Assembly (NCBI GenBank): GCA_035559235.1
Contig: DATMBM010000007.1
Location: forward strand, 9,475-73,474
Reading direction: 5' to 3'
Length of the DNA: 64,000 nucleotides
Source: Minisyncoccota bacterium
GTDB taxonomy: Bacteria; Patescibacteriota; Minisyncoccia; Phycocordibacterales; UBA2100
Shown: positions 36,533 through 47,122 of the stretch, one piece after another
How positions within the stretch are numbered: the first letter of the stretch is position 1
Layout: each line of letters begins with the position of its first letter
Notes under the pieces: generated by a model
Database searches by the model: none
Seen by the model: only the letters and a program-made list of their open reading frames with translations
Told to the model about the DNA's origin: nothing
Made by a program: the position numbers and the translations under genes

Positions 36533-37468
36533 ATGGCGCGATTATTTACCGGTTTTCAGCCTTCCGGAACGCTGCATCTCGGCAACTACTTTGGTGCACT
36601 GAAGCCGACGGTAGCGCTGTGCAAGGAACACGACGGTATCGTCTGTGTCGTGGATTACCATGCGCTGACGACCGTCCGGGACCCGGCAGAACTCCAGAAA
36701 AATATCCTGAACACCACTCGCGACTACCTTGCTGCTGGGCTTAATCCTGCAAGAACGGTGATTTTCCAGCAATCCGCCGTGCAAGAACATACCGAGCTGG
36801 CATGGATCCTGGAATGCCTCGTCACAGTTTCGTTCTTGGAACTCGGGCACGCGTACAAGGACAAGGTCGCAAAGGGTCTTGAAGCGACCGCTGGCCTTTT
36901 TAACTACCCGATGCTTATGGCGGCCGACATCTTGCTCTATGACACTGATGTCGTGCCGGTGGGTGAGGATCAACGCCAACATCTTGAATACGCGCGTGAG
37001 GTGGCAGCAAAATTCAATACTGCCTACGGCGCGACCTTCAAAGAGCCCAAGGAATTGATAAACAAGGACATCGCCGTAATTCCGGGCACCGACGGCAAGA
37101 AAATGTCGAAAAGCTACGGCAATACAATCCCTCTTTTCGGCACAAGAGATGAGATTGCGAAGGCGGTGATGTCGATCGTGACGGATTCGAGTGGAGAGTT
37201 GCCCGAGAACGTCTATGCCATTCACCAACATCTGCGCGATCGGGAATCCCTTGGGGAGCTCTACAAAGCTAACAAGGGGAAGTACAAGATATTGAAAGAA
37301 GCCCTCATAGAGGATATTGAGGCGATCATCAGTCCGATGCGGGAGAGACGCAATTCAATCACCGATGATGAAGTGCGGCGCGTCCTACGGGAAGGAAGCG
37401 ATAAGGCGCGCGAATACGCGGCTCAAAAGATGCGCGACGTGCGCGCAAAGATCGGTGTCACCATATGA
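36533..37468 (+). CDS. trpS: Tryptophan--tRNA ligase
   Basis: QPSG.LHLGN, YPMLMAADIL, GEDQRQH, KMSKS. Confidence 0.97.
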   Translation: MARLFTGFQPSGTLHLGNYFGALKPTVALCKEHDGIVCVVDYHALTTVRDPAELQKNILNTTRDYLAAGLNPARTVIFQQSAVQEHTELAWILECLVTVSFLELGHAYKDKVAKGLEATAGLFNYPMLMAADILLYDTDVVPVGEDQRQHLEYAREVAAKFNTAYGATFKEPKELINKDIAVIPGTDGKKMSKSYGNTIPLFGTRDEIAKAVMSIVTDSSGELPENVYAIHQHLRDRESLGELYKANKGKYKILKEALIEDIEAIISPMRERRNSITDDEVRRVLREGSDKAREYAAQKMRDVRAKIGVTI

Positions 37469-38790
37469 GAACGCTCATACAAGACCTTAAGGAACAGACG
37501 GGGAAGGAAGTGACCGTCAAGGGGTGGATTTCCGTACGCCGCGATCAAGGAAAAATGGTGTTTTTTGATATACGGGACCGATCGGGCACCGTGCAGGCGG
37601 TCGTCTTGCCAAAAAGCGAGGCGATTGAGACGGCCAAGGAGACGGGTCTTGAGTATGTCGTCGCTGTTGAGGGTCGCGTCAATGAACGCCCGGAAAAAAA
37701 CAAGAACCCGAAAGTTCACAACGGCGACATCGAGTTGGAGGTTTTGAAACTCACCATTCTCGCCAAAGCCGAATCGCTCCCGTTCGATATGTCGATGGAG
37801 GGATTTAACCTCGATTTGACGACGGAGCTCGACCACCGCGCGCTTACGCTCCGCCATCCGCGGCTGCAAGCCATCTTTAAAGTGCAGGCCGTTATTATCG
37901 ATTCGTTTCGCGAGTACATGAAATCTCAGGGCTTTTTCGAATTTCAGGCGCCAGCGATCGTGCCTGCTACGGCCGAAGGCGGTGCCGAAGTCTTTGAAAT
38001 CAAGTACTTCGAGCACAAGGCGTACCTGACGCAATCGCCGCAGCTTTACAAGCAGATCGTCATGACCGCATTTGAGCGGGTGTTTTCGGTTAACAAAATT
38101 TTTCGCGCGGAGCCAAGCGCGACGACGCGCCACCTCACCGAAGTTGTTTCTCTGGACGCGGAAATGGCGTTCATCGATTCTTGGACTGACGTGCGTGACA
38201 TGTCCGAAGCGACGGTGCGCTACATCCTCGAGCAAGTCGCTAAGCGATGCGCGGACGAGCTTACTCTTCTTGGTGCAACGCTCCCCGTCATGCTCGACAA
38301 AACGCCGACGCATTCACTGACCGAGGCGTTTGAAAAACTCGGAGTCCCTGCGGATAAGGATCTCAACCCTGAACAGGAGCGGCGGCTTTGCGAAATCGTG
38401 AAAGAAGAGACGGGTTCAGACTTCGTTTATGTGTACGGCTATCCGACGCGTCAGCGTCCGTTTTATGTATACCCGAACCCCGAAAACCCTGAATTCAACG
38501 AAGGGATGGATCTTTTGTGTCGCGGCGTCGAATGGCTTTCCGGCGGGCGCCGTATCAACGACTACGCACAGCTCATGAAGCACGTCGACAAATGGGGAAT
38601 GGACCCGAAAAAAATTGAGATGTTCCTTGAGGCGTTTCGTTATGGAGTGCCGCCAGAAGGGGGCTTTGCGTTTGGCGCCGAGCGAATGACGATGCAAATA
38701 CTCGGCCTCAAAAACATCCGTGAGGCATCAATGTTTCCGCGCGACATGAACCGCATCGACGTGAGGCTCTCGGAGAATCCTGAGGCGTAG
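37465..38790 (+). CDS. aspS: Aspartate--tRNA(Asp/Asn) ligase, archaeal-type (no GAD insert)
   Basis: OB domain, AEGGAEVF, LTQSPQLYKQ, FRAEPS, GVPPEGG.AFGAER. Confidence 0.9.
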   Translation: MRTLIQDLKEQTGKEVTVKGWISVRRDQGKMVFFDIRDRSGTVQAVVLPKSEAIETAKETGLEYVVAVEGRVNERPEKNKNPKVHNGDIELEVLKLTILAKAESLPFDMSMEGFNLDLTTELDHRALTLRHPRLQAIFKVQAVIIDSFREYMKSQGFFEFQAPAIVPATAEGGAEVFEIKYFEHKAYLTQSPQLYKQIVMTAFERVFSVNKIFRAEPSATTRHLTEVVSLDAEMAFIDSWTDVRDMSEATVRYILEQVAKRCADELTLLGATLPVMLDKTPTHSLTEAFEKLGVPADKDLNPEQERRLCEIVKEETGSDFVYVYGYPTRQRPFYVYPNPENPEFNEGMDLLCRGVEWLSGGRRINDYAQLMKHVDKWGMDPKKIEMFLEAFRYGVPPEGGFAFGAERMTMQILGLKNIREASMFPRDMNRIDVRLSENPEA

Positions 38791-38802
38791 TACAATGTTC
38801 CC

Positions 38803-39543
38803 GTGGAACCGTTTACGATAGAAAGCGAGCACTACCAGGGCCCGCTGGAGACGCTGCTGGACCTCATTGAATCGCGAAAACTCTCCGTCTCGATGGTGTC
38901 ACTTTCCGAGGTATGCGATGCATACCTCGCCTACGTCGAAAAGCTGCCGGAGTTACCGGTTTCCGAAACATCGCAGTTCGTTTTGGTCGCTTCGACCTTG
39001 CTCCTCATCAAATCGCGTTCGCTCTTGCCGGTGCCGCTTACCGACGAAGAAGAGCAATCGATCGAGGAGTTGGAGCGGCGTCTGAAGCGCCTCGCAAAGA
39101 TACGCGAAGCGTCGAAAACACTCAAAAAGCACTGGGGTACGACGCCGCTTGTGTTTGCGCGTCGTACGCCGAATGCGGCAACCATCATCGGAATGGAGAA
39201 GCCGGCATTTGCGCCGGCCGAGACGACTATGCAGACGCTTCGCGCTGCCGCGCAAAAGCTCATTCAGACGCTCCCGAAGCCGGAGCGACTGGCAGAGGCG
39301 ACGGTCGCGCCGATCCTCAAGTTGGAAGATGTCATCGTCGATCTAAAAAAACGGCTCACCGGAGCCGTAAAGGCGCGGTGGAGCGATTTTACCAAGGGCG
39401 CATCTCGCGGCGACCTTATCGTGCACTTTCTGGCCGTTTTGGAGCTCGCGCGTCACGGCTCGGTTTCGGTCACTCAGGACAGGCTTTTTAGCGATATAAT
39501 CATTGAATCAGAGGTAACTGACGGTGCCCCCCGCTATGGATAA
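38803..39543 (+). CDS. scpA: Segregation/condensation protein A
   Basis: YQGPLETLLDLI, LLIKSRSLLP, FLAVLEL...Q.LFSDI. Confidence 0.93.
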   Translation: MEPFTIESEHYQGPLETLLDLIESRKLSVSMVSLSEVCDAYLAYVEKLPELPVSETSQFVLVASTLLLIKSRSLLPVPLTDEEEQSIEELERRLKRLAKIREASKTLKKHWGTTPLVFARRTPNAATIIGMEKPAFAPAETTMQTLRAAAQKLIQTLPKPERLAEATVAPILKLEDVIVDLKKRLTGAVKARWSDFTKGASRGDLIVHFLAVLELARHGSVSVTQDRLFSDIIIESEVTDGAPRYG

Positions 39544-40099
39544 GACGGCAAAACAGATTCAGGCGCTTTTGTTCGCCGAAGGAGGCGCATTGACCTACGC
39601 CTCGATCGCGCGGTCTCTCGGGTGCGGCGAAAAGGATTTACCACCTGCGCTCGATGCGCTCTCGGCAGAGCTCGAGGGGAGCGGGCTCGCGCTTCTGCGT
39701 TCTGATACCGAAGCCGCACTGGTGGTTGCGCCGGATGCCCGCGAGGTCGTGACGAAAAAGCTCACCGAGGAGTATGAACGAGATATCGGTGACGCGGGAC
39801 TTGAAGTCTTGGCCATCCTTTTGTACGAGGGACCGTCGACTCGGGCGACGATAGATTACATCCGTGGAGTCAATTCGAGTTCGACCATCCGTAATCTTCT
39901 CTCGCGCGGTCTTGTCGAGCGAAGCGGGAACCCCGAAGACGGGCGTGAGTTTATCTATCGGGCGACAGTCGAGCTCTTGGCGCATGTGGGGGTAACGCAA
40001 CGAGAGAAGCTTCCCGAATATGATATGATTTCTCGCGAATTAGCCGCGTTTAAAGCCACTGAAAACCATGGGGGAGGGACCGGAACAGAATCAGCCTGA
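39536..40099 (+). CDS. scpB: Segregation/condensation protein B
   Basis: ALLF, LEVLAILLY.GP.TR..IDYIRGVNS. Confidence 0.93.
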   Translation: MDKTAKQIQALLFAEGGALTYASIARSLGCGEKDLPPALDALSAELEGSGLALLRSDTEAALVVAPDAREVVTKKLTEEYERDIGDAGLEVLAILLYEGPSTRATIDYIRGVNSSSTIRNLLSRGLVERSGNPEDGREFIYRATVELLAHVGVTQREKLPEYDMISRELAAFKATENHGGGTGTESA

Positions 40100-41111
40100 A
40101 GACCGGCACGAGCCAGAGCCTGCTGCGCTGTCTGATGGCGGTGCGGGGCTTGCGGCACAGCTGGCGGAACAATCGTGGCAGACGCCGCTTCGCAAAGTGT
40201 ACGGCGGCCTCCTCCTGTGTGCCGCGATCGGCTCATGCGCGCTGCTCTTCCTCGCCTACGCGCCGCAGGAGGCGCTTGAGCCGAGTTCACAGGTTGCCGC
40301 TGCGGAAGCAGTTGACGCGAGCCCTTTTGACGACATCGAAATCGCGGCGCGAGCCGCCTATGTATACGACGCGGCGGACGGCAAAGAGTTATACGCGAAA
40401 AACGCGTCGCAGCAGCTGCCGCTCGCATCCATTACGAAAGTCATGCTGGTACTTGCCGTCTCAGAGGTTTTGCCGCTCGACGGTACCGTTTCAATTTCGC
40501 AGGCAGCAACGATCAAGGGCGGAGGCGGGCTTACCTGGGGGGAAGTGTGGCGCGTAAGGGATTTGATAGACTACACGCTTATCACGTCATCGAACACGGG
40601 CGCCGAAGCGCTCGCGGAAGCGGCTGATGCGCCGTTGCGTGCAAAGTATGCCGCTGCGCCAAGTGGGGGCGCGGCCGTGTGGCGTATGAATGCGCTTGCC
40701 CAGGAGTTCGAACTCGAATCAACCTACTTTATCAATGTAAGCGGCCTCGATGAGAGCGCGACGCAGGCTGGGGCACTTGGTTCGGCGCGTGACACGGCGC
40801 TCCTTTTCGCGCGCGCGGTCGAGCGGCCGGAGCTGTTTGCCGGCACAACCCGCACGAACGCCGCGTTGATGCCGCTTAATTTTCCCGGACGCATCGCGGA
40901 GAACACCAACAACGCGCTTTCCGACATCCCGGGACTTCTCATGGGGAAGACGGGCACCACAGACTTGGCCGGAGAAAACCTGGCGGTGGTTTTCGAGGCG
41001 GAAAATGGCCATCCGATAGTGGTTGTGGTCCTCGGATCGCCCGCTCCCAACGGTCGGTATGACGACATGAAAAAATTGGTCGAGGCCGCAAAAGGCGCCG
41101 TGCGTCACTAG
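40068..41111 (+). CDS. D-alanyl-D-alanine carboxypeptidase (S11)
   Basis: TM anchor; SITK, SSN, KTG catalytic motifs. Confidence 0.88.
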   Translation: MGEGPEQNQPEDRHEPEPAALSDGGAGLAAQLAEQSWQTPLRKVYGGLLLCAAIGSCALLFLAYAPQEALEPSSQVAAAEAVDASPFDDIEIAARAAYVYDAADGKELYAKNASQQLPLASITKVMLVLAVSEVLPLDGTVSISQAATIKGGGGLTWGEVWRVRDLIDYTLITSSNTGAEALAEAADAPLRAKYAAAPSGGAAVWRMNALAQEFELESTYFINVSGLDESATQAGALGSARDTALLFARAVERPELFAGTTRTNAALMPLNFPGRIAENTNNALSDIPGLLMGKTGTTDLAGENLAVVFEAENGHPIVVVVLGSPAPNGRYDDMKKLVEAAKGAVRH

Positions 41112-41167
41112 AAAAGGGCGGCGTTCACGCCTAGTTTCCGCCGCGTACTCGAGATATACTGTTCGCC

Positions 41168-42229
41168 ATGCTTTCCGATGTCGTCCGGGTTCTCGTGCCT
41201 GCCGCCATGAGCTTTGCCGTCGGCATCGCGTCAACGCCGCTACTGACGTACTACCTGTACAAGTACAAGGCGTGGAAGAAAAACGCCGGGAAAATCGCGT
41301 ACGACGGCTCCACTGCGGAGGTTTTCAACGGCCTGCACATGCAACATGAGGTACGGGCTCCGCGTTTCGGCGGGGTTGTCGTATGGGGAAGTACGCTTAT
41401 CACGATCATGCTCGTATCGCTCACGGCGCATATTATTCCTTCGCCGCTGACCGAGCAGCTCGATTTCCTGAGCCGCTCGCAGACCTGGGTTCCGCTTGCG
41501 GCGCTCCTTGTCGGTGCCATCGTCGGGTTTGCAGACGATCTTTTGATCGTACGGCCCCAAGGCGAGGGTTTGCGGCTTCGATGGCGACTCATTGCTGTCG
41601 TCATCCTCTCGCTCGCTATCGGATGGTGGTTCTACGACAAACTCGACGTGACCGCCATTCGATTGCCGTTTGACGGGCCACTCGAGATTGGCTGGCTCGT
41701 CGTGCCGTTCTTTGTCGTCGTCTCACTTGCGCTCTATGCAAGCGGCGTTATCGACGGTATCGATGGGCTCTCCGGTGGCGTCTTTGCGTCTGTCTTTGCG
41801 TCATACACAATCATCGCCTTTACACAACAGCAGATCGACCTTGCGGCCTTTTGCGCGACGATCTTGGGCGGCCTCCTCGCGTTTGTGTGGTTTAACATCC
41901 CGCCGGCTCGCTTTTACATGAGCGACACCGGCACTATGGCACTCACGCTTGCAATACCGGTGATTGCCTTTATGACGGATGATCTGGGTGGGGGGATCGG
42001 CGTGGCGGTCTTGCCGGTCATCGGCGCGCTCCTCGCGGCGACCGTCGCCTCGGATATTCTGCAGCTCGTGTGGAAAAAAGCATTTGGCAGGAAATTATTT
42101 TTGATTGCGCCGCTGCACCATCATTTCGAGGCGATGGGCTGGCCGGGAGAAAAAGTGGTCATGCGCTACTGGGTACTGTCAGTCGTTTTTGCGTTTCTTG
42201 GCGTGATCCTTGCGATCGTCGGACGATAA
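41168..42229 (+). CDS. mraY: Phospho-MurNAc-pentapeptide transferase MraY
   Basis: PRFGG, GFADD, DGIDGL, FN.PPARFYMSD, APLHHHFE. Confidence 0.93.
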   Translation: MLSDVVRVLVPAAMSFAVGIASTPLLTYYLYKYKAWKKNAGKIAYDGSTAEVFNGLHMQHEVRAPRFGGVVVWGSTLITIMLVSLTAHIIPSPLTEQLDFLSRSQTWVPLAALLVGAIVGFADDLLIVRPQGEGLRLRWRLIAVVILSLAIGWWFYDKLDVTAIRLPFDGPLEIGWLVVPFFVVVSLALYASGVIDGIDGLSGGVFASVFASYTIIAFTQQQIDLAAFCATILGGLLAFVWFNIPPARFYMSDTGTMALTLAIPVIAFMTDDLGGGIGVAVLPVIGALLAATVASDILQLVWKKAFGRKLFLIAPLHHHFEAMGWPGEKVVMRYWVLSVVFAFLGVILAIVGR

Positions 42230-42231
42230 CT

Positions 42232-43347
42232 ATGTTGAAGTCGAGGGCGGACACCATGCTCATCGCGATCGTCGGAGCGCTATTGTTGGGAGGCGCGCTC
42301 ATTTTTACTTCGGCGGCGCTCGGACTCCTCGCCCGCGGCGCAACGCACATTTCGAGCGTCGCATTCAACCACTTTGCGCTCGGCATCGGCGGCGGTCTTG
42401 CGCTCTTCATTGCGGCATATGCGGTCGAGTACCGTCGCTGGCGCAGTCTTGCGCCGTATCTTTTCGGAGCAGCGCTCGTTGCGACAGCGCTTGTGTTTAT
42501 CCCGGGGATTGGATTCGAACACGGCGGAGGAAGGCGGTGGATAGACCTTGGTTTCGCGACCATACAACCTTCTGAATTTCTTAAAATCGGCGCCATCCTT
42601 TTCGCGGCGTTCGTGTTCTCTCAGCTTCGTGAACAAACTGCGTCCTGGCGCGGACTTGCCGCGTTTGCGGCAATCATGGCGCTGCCGGGAGTGTTGCTGC
42701 TTTTGCAACCGGATTTGGGCACGCTGGGCATTATTACGATGTCTGTTTTTGCGATCCTGATCGCGGCAGGCGCTCGTGCGCGCGATATTGCGATCCTCAT
42801 GGTGGCCGCGCTGTGCGTGCTTGCGCTTCTCTCGCTCATACCTCGATATAACTACGTGTACGAGCGTATCGACACGTTCTTCAATCCTGCCGCGCAAAAT
42901 GCGTTGAGCGAAGGCTTCCAGATTCGACAGTCGTTGATCGCGATCGGGTCTGGCGGATGGAGTGGCCGTGGATTCGGTCAAGGGGTGCAGAAGTTCACGT
43001 ACCTGCCGGAACCGATGGGCGACTCGATTTACGCTGTTTTGGGCGAGGAATTCGGTTTTTTGGGGGCGGCCGGGCTCATCATTCTGTTCCTGATGCTTGC
43101 ACTCAGAGGGTTCGGCGTTGCGGCCCGAGCGCCGGACTTGTTTGGCGGGCTACTGGCTGTTGGCATCGCCACATACCTCGCCGGCGAGGCATTTATCAAT
43201 ATCGCCGCCATGCTCGGCCTCGCGCCGCTCACCGGTATTCCCTTGACCTTCATCAGCCAGGGGGGTTCGGCAATGCTGGTTTCCCTTGCAAGCGCGGGCA
43301 TCCTCCTCAATATTTCGCGGCGACAGGCGAAAAAGGTCTCGGCGTAA
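42232..43347 (+). CDS. ftsW: SEDS peptidoglycan polymerase FtsW/RodA
   Basis: RW, QPSEF.K, QPDLG, LPEP..D, EE.G, TGIPL.FISQGGS; lies between mraY and murG. Confidence 0.88.
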   Translation: MLKSRADTMLIAIVGALLLGGALIFTSAALGLLARGATHISSVAFNHFALGIGGGLALFIAAYAVEYRRWRSLAPYLFGAALVATALVFIPGIGFEHGGGRRWIDLGFATIQPSEFLKIGAILFAAFVFSQLREQTASWRGLAAFAAIMALPGVLLLLQPDLGTLGIITMSVFAILIAAGARARDIAILMVAALCVLALLSLIPRYNYVYERIDTFFNPAAQNALSEGFQIRQSLIAIGSGGWSGRGFGQGVQKFTYLPEPMGDSIYAVLGEEFGFLGAAGLIILFLMLALRGFGVAARAPDLFGGLLAVGIATYLAGEAFINIAAMLGLAPLTGIPLTFISQGGSAMLVSLASAGILLNISRRQAKKVSA

Positions 43348-43395
43348 GAGGGAAATGTGCATTTTAGCGCACGGATAATGGTGTAAAATAGCCGC

Positions 43396-44535
43396 ATGAA
43401 GATCGTACTTACGGGCGGCGGTACAGGCGGGCATTTCTACCCATTAATTGCCGTCGCCGAAGGCATCGAGGAGCTGTGCAACGAACGACGGCTCGTCGAG
43501 CCCCGGCTGTTTTATTTTGGACCCGCGCCGTTTGACCCAACAGCACTCGCGGAACACGATATCGAACATGTGGCTGTCGGCGCTGCGTCCGTCCGGAAAG
43601 ACGCAAGGTCGAGCGCGTTCGGCTACATCGGATCACTTTTTTCAGCAGCTGCGGCGTTTCCAAAAGTTTTTTCTATTTATCCCGACGTGATTTTTTCGAC
43701 CGGAGGCTATGCGGCCTTTCCGACTCTTTTGTGCGCCAAAATTCTCCGGATACCGGTTGTCATCTATGACGCCGATGCGAAGCCGGGCCGTGTGTCGCTC
43801 TGGAGCGCGAAATTTGCCCGCTGGATTGCGGTTGCGCACCCCGATGCGGCTGCCTCCTTCCCGGAGAAGCTGAAGCCGCGCATGGCACGCACCGGACACC
43901 CAATTAGGCGCGAGATCGAGAATCCTGCGCACGAGGGTGGACACGAATTCCTGAAGCTTGATCCGTCGCTGCCGACCATTTTTATCGTTGGTGGATCGCA
44001 AGGCGCGCGCGCAATCAACGAGACGGTGCTTGACGCGCTTCCCATGCTCTTAGAGAAATACAACGTCGTCCATCAAGTCGGAACGAACAATCTCACCGAA
44101 GTGCAGGGTATCGCGAGTGTCTCGCTGCGTGATTCGCCGTACCGAGAACGGTATCGGATCTTTGGCCTCCTCAATGCGCTTGCTTTGAAAATGACGGCGG
44201 GCATTGCGTCCTTGGTGCTGTCGCGCGCGGGCTCGGGAAGCATTTTTGAAATCGCCAGCTGGGGAATTCCGGCGATCTTGGTGCCAATTTCGCTTGACGT
44301 GTCGCACGATCAGACGGAAAACGCTTTTTCGTATGCGCGCGCCGGCGGCTGTATCGTTATAGAGCAGCGCAATCTGACGCCGCACGTGCTCGTTGCTGAG
44401 ATTGATCGCTTGATGGGAGATACGACCGTCCGCGAAAAAATGAAGAAGGCCGCCAAATCGTTTTCGCGCCCACAGGCGGGAAAAAAGATTGCCCAGATAC
44501 TCCTCGAGACCGCGCTCGAGCACGAACCGAAGTAA
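43396..44535 (+). CDS. murG: MurG glycosyltransferase
   Basis: GGGTGGH, GGY, GGSQGA, SRAG, DQTENA. Confidence 0.95.
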   Translation: MKIVLTGGGTGGHFYPLIAVAEGIEELCNERRLVEPRLFYFGPAPFDPTALAEHDIEHVAVGAASVRKDARSSAFGYIGSLFSAAAAFPKVFSIYPDVIFSTGGYAAFPTLLCAKILRIPVVIYDADAKPGRVSLWSAKFARWIAVAHPDAAASFPEKLKPRMARTGHPIRREIENPAHEGGHEFLKLDPSLPTIFIVGGSQGARAINETVLDALPMLLEKYNVVHQVGTNNLTEVQGIASVSLRDSPYRERYRIFGLLNALALKMTAGIASLVLSRAGSGSIFEIASWGIPAILVPISLDVSHDQTENAFSYARAGGCIVIEQRNLTPHVLVAEIDRLMGDTTVREKMKKAAKSFSRPQAGKKIAQILLETALEHEPK

Positions 44536-44537
44536 GT

Positions 44538-45872
44538 ATGAGTGTGAGAGTACGCATTGCGCCGAGCCCGACCGGTTTTTTGCATTTTGGAACCGCCCGG
44601 ACGGCGCTCTTCAATTGGCTATTTGCGCGAAAGAACGGCGGCACATTCATCGTGCGCATCGAAGACACCGATATGGCGCGCAACAAGCAAGAATACGACG
44701 AAGACATTTTTGAGCAGTTGCGTTGGCTCAAACTTGAGCCGGATGAGACGTATCGCCAGTCGGAACACCGTCAGGCGCATGCCGATGCGCTTCGTGCGCT
44801 TATCGATACAGGTCGGGCGTATGAATCGGAAGAACCGGCAAAGGACGATCCGTCAAAGACAGTTCGAGTCGTCCGCCTCAGGAATCCCGGAAAGACGATC
44901 ACCTTTACCGATACCGTGCATGGTGACATTACGTTTGACACCTCTGAGCTGAAAGATTTTGTCGTTGCGCGCTCGGTGACGGAACCGCTGTATCACTTTG
45001 CGGTCGTCGTGGATGATCACGACGCCGGCATCACCCATGTGATCCGCGGCGAGGACCATATCTCCAACACACCGCGGCAAATCCTCATACAGGAAGCACT
45101 TGGTTATGATCGGCCCGTATATGCCCATATTCCGCTCATTTTGGCGCCAGATCGCTCGAAAATGAGCAAGCGCAAGCATGATACGTCGGTGCGTACGTAT
45201 CGCGAAAAAGGGTACCTCCCGGAGGCGCTCATCAATTACCTGGCGCTTCTTGGCTGGAATCCGGGGACCGAGCAAGAGCTATTTTCGCGCGATGAACTTG
45301 TCCGGGCGTTTAGCCTTGAGGGCATCCAAAAGAGCGGGGCCGTTTTTGATGATGAAAAGTTACGCTGGTTCAACCGTCAGTATCTTGTGACTGAGGATGA
45401 AGAAACGTTCGCAGCAACCGTCACACACATCATGAAGATTGGACTTGAAAAAAGAGGTGTTGCGTGGGACGAAAAGCGGGCAAAACAACTGATGCCGCTT
45501 GTCCGCGAACGCATCAGCGTTTATGACGACCTGCGTTCGCTCATCGCGGACGGTGAGTTTGATTACTTCTTTTCCCGACCGACATACGATCCGCATCGCA
45601 TACCTGACAAGAAAAGTACGCCTGAAGATGCCGCAGCGTATCTTGCGCATGCGGCGGAAATTCTTTCCTCCAGGAAAAATGTTGCTGATGTGAAAGAAGT
45701 GTTGTGGCAGTACGCAACGGAAAAGGGAAGAGGGGCGGTGCTTTGGCCGCTGCGGTATAGCCTTTCCGGCAAAGACAAGTCGCCGGACCCATTCGTGCTT
45801 ATTGAAATATTGGGTGCGGATGAGTCACTTTCGCGCATTGCCGCAGCACGGGAAGCCCTGAAAGAAGTATGA
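44538..45872 (+). CDS. gltX: Glutamate--tRNA ligase
   Basis: RIAPSPTG.LH.G, RIEDTD, IRGEDH, KMSKR. Confidence 0.96.
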   Translation: MSVRVRIAPSPTGFLHFGTARTALFNWLFARKNGGTFIVRIEDTDMARNKQEYDEDIFEQLRWLKLEPDETYRQSEHRQAHADALRALIDTGRAYESEEPAKDDPSKTVRVVRLRNPGKTITFTDTVHGDITFDTSELKDFVVARSVTEPLYHFAVVVDDHDAGITHVIRGEDHISNTPRQILIQEALGYDRPVYAHIPLILAPDRSKMSKRKHDTSVRTYREKGYLPEALINYLALLGWNPGTEQELFSRDELVRAFSLEGIQKSGAVFDDEKLRWFNRQYLVTEDEETFAATVTHIMKIGLEKRGVAWDEKRAKQLMPLVRERISVYDDLRSLIADGEFDYFFSRPTYDPHRIPDKKSTPEDAAAYLAHAAEILSSRKNVADVKEVLWQYATEKGRGAVLWPLRYSLSGKDKSPDPFVLIEILGADESLSRIAAAREALKEV

Positions 45873-47122
45873 GTATTCGACATTACATAATACTTGGCGT
45901 CATCGCCCTTGTGCCGCTTGTGGGAAGTGCGCAGTCCGCCGAGCAGTTGCGCCAGCAGATTTCAGCGCAACAGCGGCAGCTTGAACAGATCAATAAGGAG
46001 ATCGAGCTCTACGAAAAGGAATTGGTGCAAGTTGGAGCGCGGAAACAGACCCTCCAGAACGCCGTCAACGAGCTTGACGTGACTTTAAAAAAAACTACAG
46101 CACAGATAAAAGCGACTCAGAATCGGATTGCGACTACCGAGCTTGAAATCAAAGAATTAGACGGCGACATCGTGCAAAAGGAAGAGCTTATTGCGATCGA
46201 TTCGGCGGCGATAGGGGAAATGGTACGCCAGTTGCACTCGATGGACGAGGCGTCGTTTGTCGAACACCTGCTTTCCGAGGACTCTCTTTCTGGCGTCTGG
46301 GACGAAACGGAAACAATTATGACGCTGCAGCAAACGATGCACGATCATATGGTCTCTCTTTTAAACATAAAGGAGGATTTGACGCGGGATTTGAGCGCGG
46401 TGCGAAAAAAACGAGAGGAGTTGGAGCAGCAGCGCCGTACTCTTGCCGCTGAAGAGCGTTCGGTGAGCGTTACTAAACAAGAACAATCAAATTTACTCTC
46501 GCAGACCAGATCGCAGGAATCCAACTACCAAAAATTGCTTGCGGACAAGCGGGCCGCCAAAGAGCAATTTGAAAACGCTCTCGACGATCTCGAATCACGC
46601 CTGCAATACACGTTGGACCCGACGCATATCCCGCCCGCCGGTAAGGGCGTGCTGCGCTGGCCACTAGATCAAATCACGATCACGCAGCAATTCGGAGTTA
46701 CGGCTGATTCCCGACGTCTCTATGCGTCTGGCAGTCACAACGGCGTCGATTTTCGTGCCGCGGTCGGAACACCCGTTAAGGCCGCACTTTCGGGAACGGT
46801 GCAGGCGACGGGGGATTCTGATTCGATACGAGGATGTTATTCCTACGGTAAGTGGGTTCTGATCAGGCACGGCAATGGCCTCTCAACGCTGTATGCGCAC
46901 TTTTCCGACATCGCGGTTTCGCAAGGTCAGAGCGTCTCGACGGGGCAGGTCATTGGATATGCGGGGGCGACCGGCTACGCCACCGGCCCGCACCTGCATT
47001 TCACCGTATATGCCTCTGATGCCGTTCAGGTGCGTCAACTCGGCACCAACACGCCGTGCGGCAAGGCCGTGATTCCGGTATCTCCGCAAAGCGGTTATTT
47101 AAATCCACTTGATTATCTCTAG
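45869..47122 (+). CDS. Coiled-coil M23 peptidoglycan DD-endopeptidase
   Basis: Signal peptide, long coiled coil, HNGVD and HLH Zn ligands intact. Confidence 0.9.
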   Translation: MSIRHYIILGVIALVPLVGSAQSAEQLRQQISAQQRQLEQINKEIELYEKELVQVGARKQTLQNAVNELDVTLKKTTAQIKATQNRIATTELEIKELDGDIVQKEELIAIDSAAIGEMVRQLHSMDEASFVEHLLSEDSLSGVWDETETIMTLQQTMHDHMVSLLNIKEDLTRDLSAVRKKREELEQQRRTLAAEERSVSVTKQEQSNLLSQTRSQESNYQKLLADKRAAKEQFENALDDLESRLQYTLDPTHIPPAGKGVLRWPLDQITITQQFGVTADSRRLYASGSHNGVDFRAAVGTPVKAALSGTVQATGDSDSIRGCYSYGKWVLIRHGNGLSTLYAHFSDIAVSQGQSVSTGQVIGYAGATGYATGPHLHFTVYASDAVQVRQLGTNTPCGKAVIPVSPQSGYLNPLDYL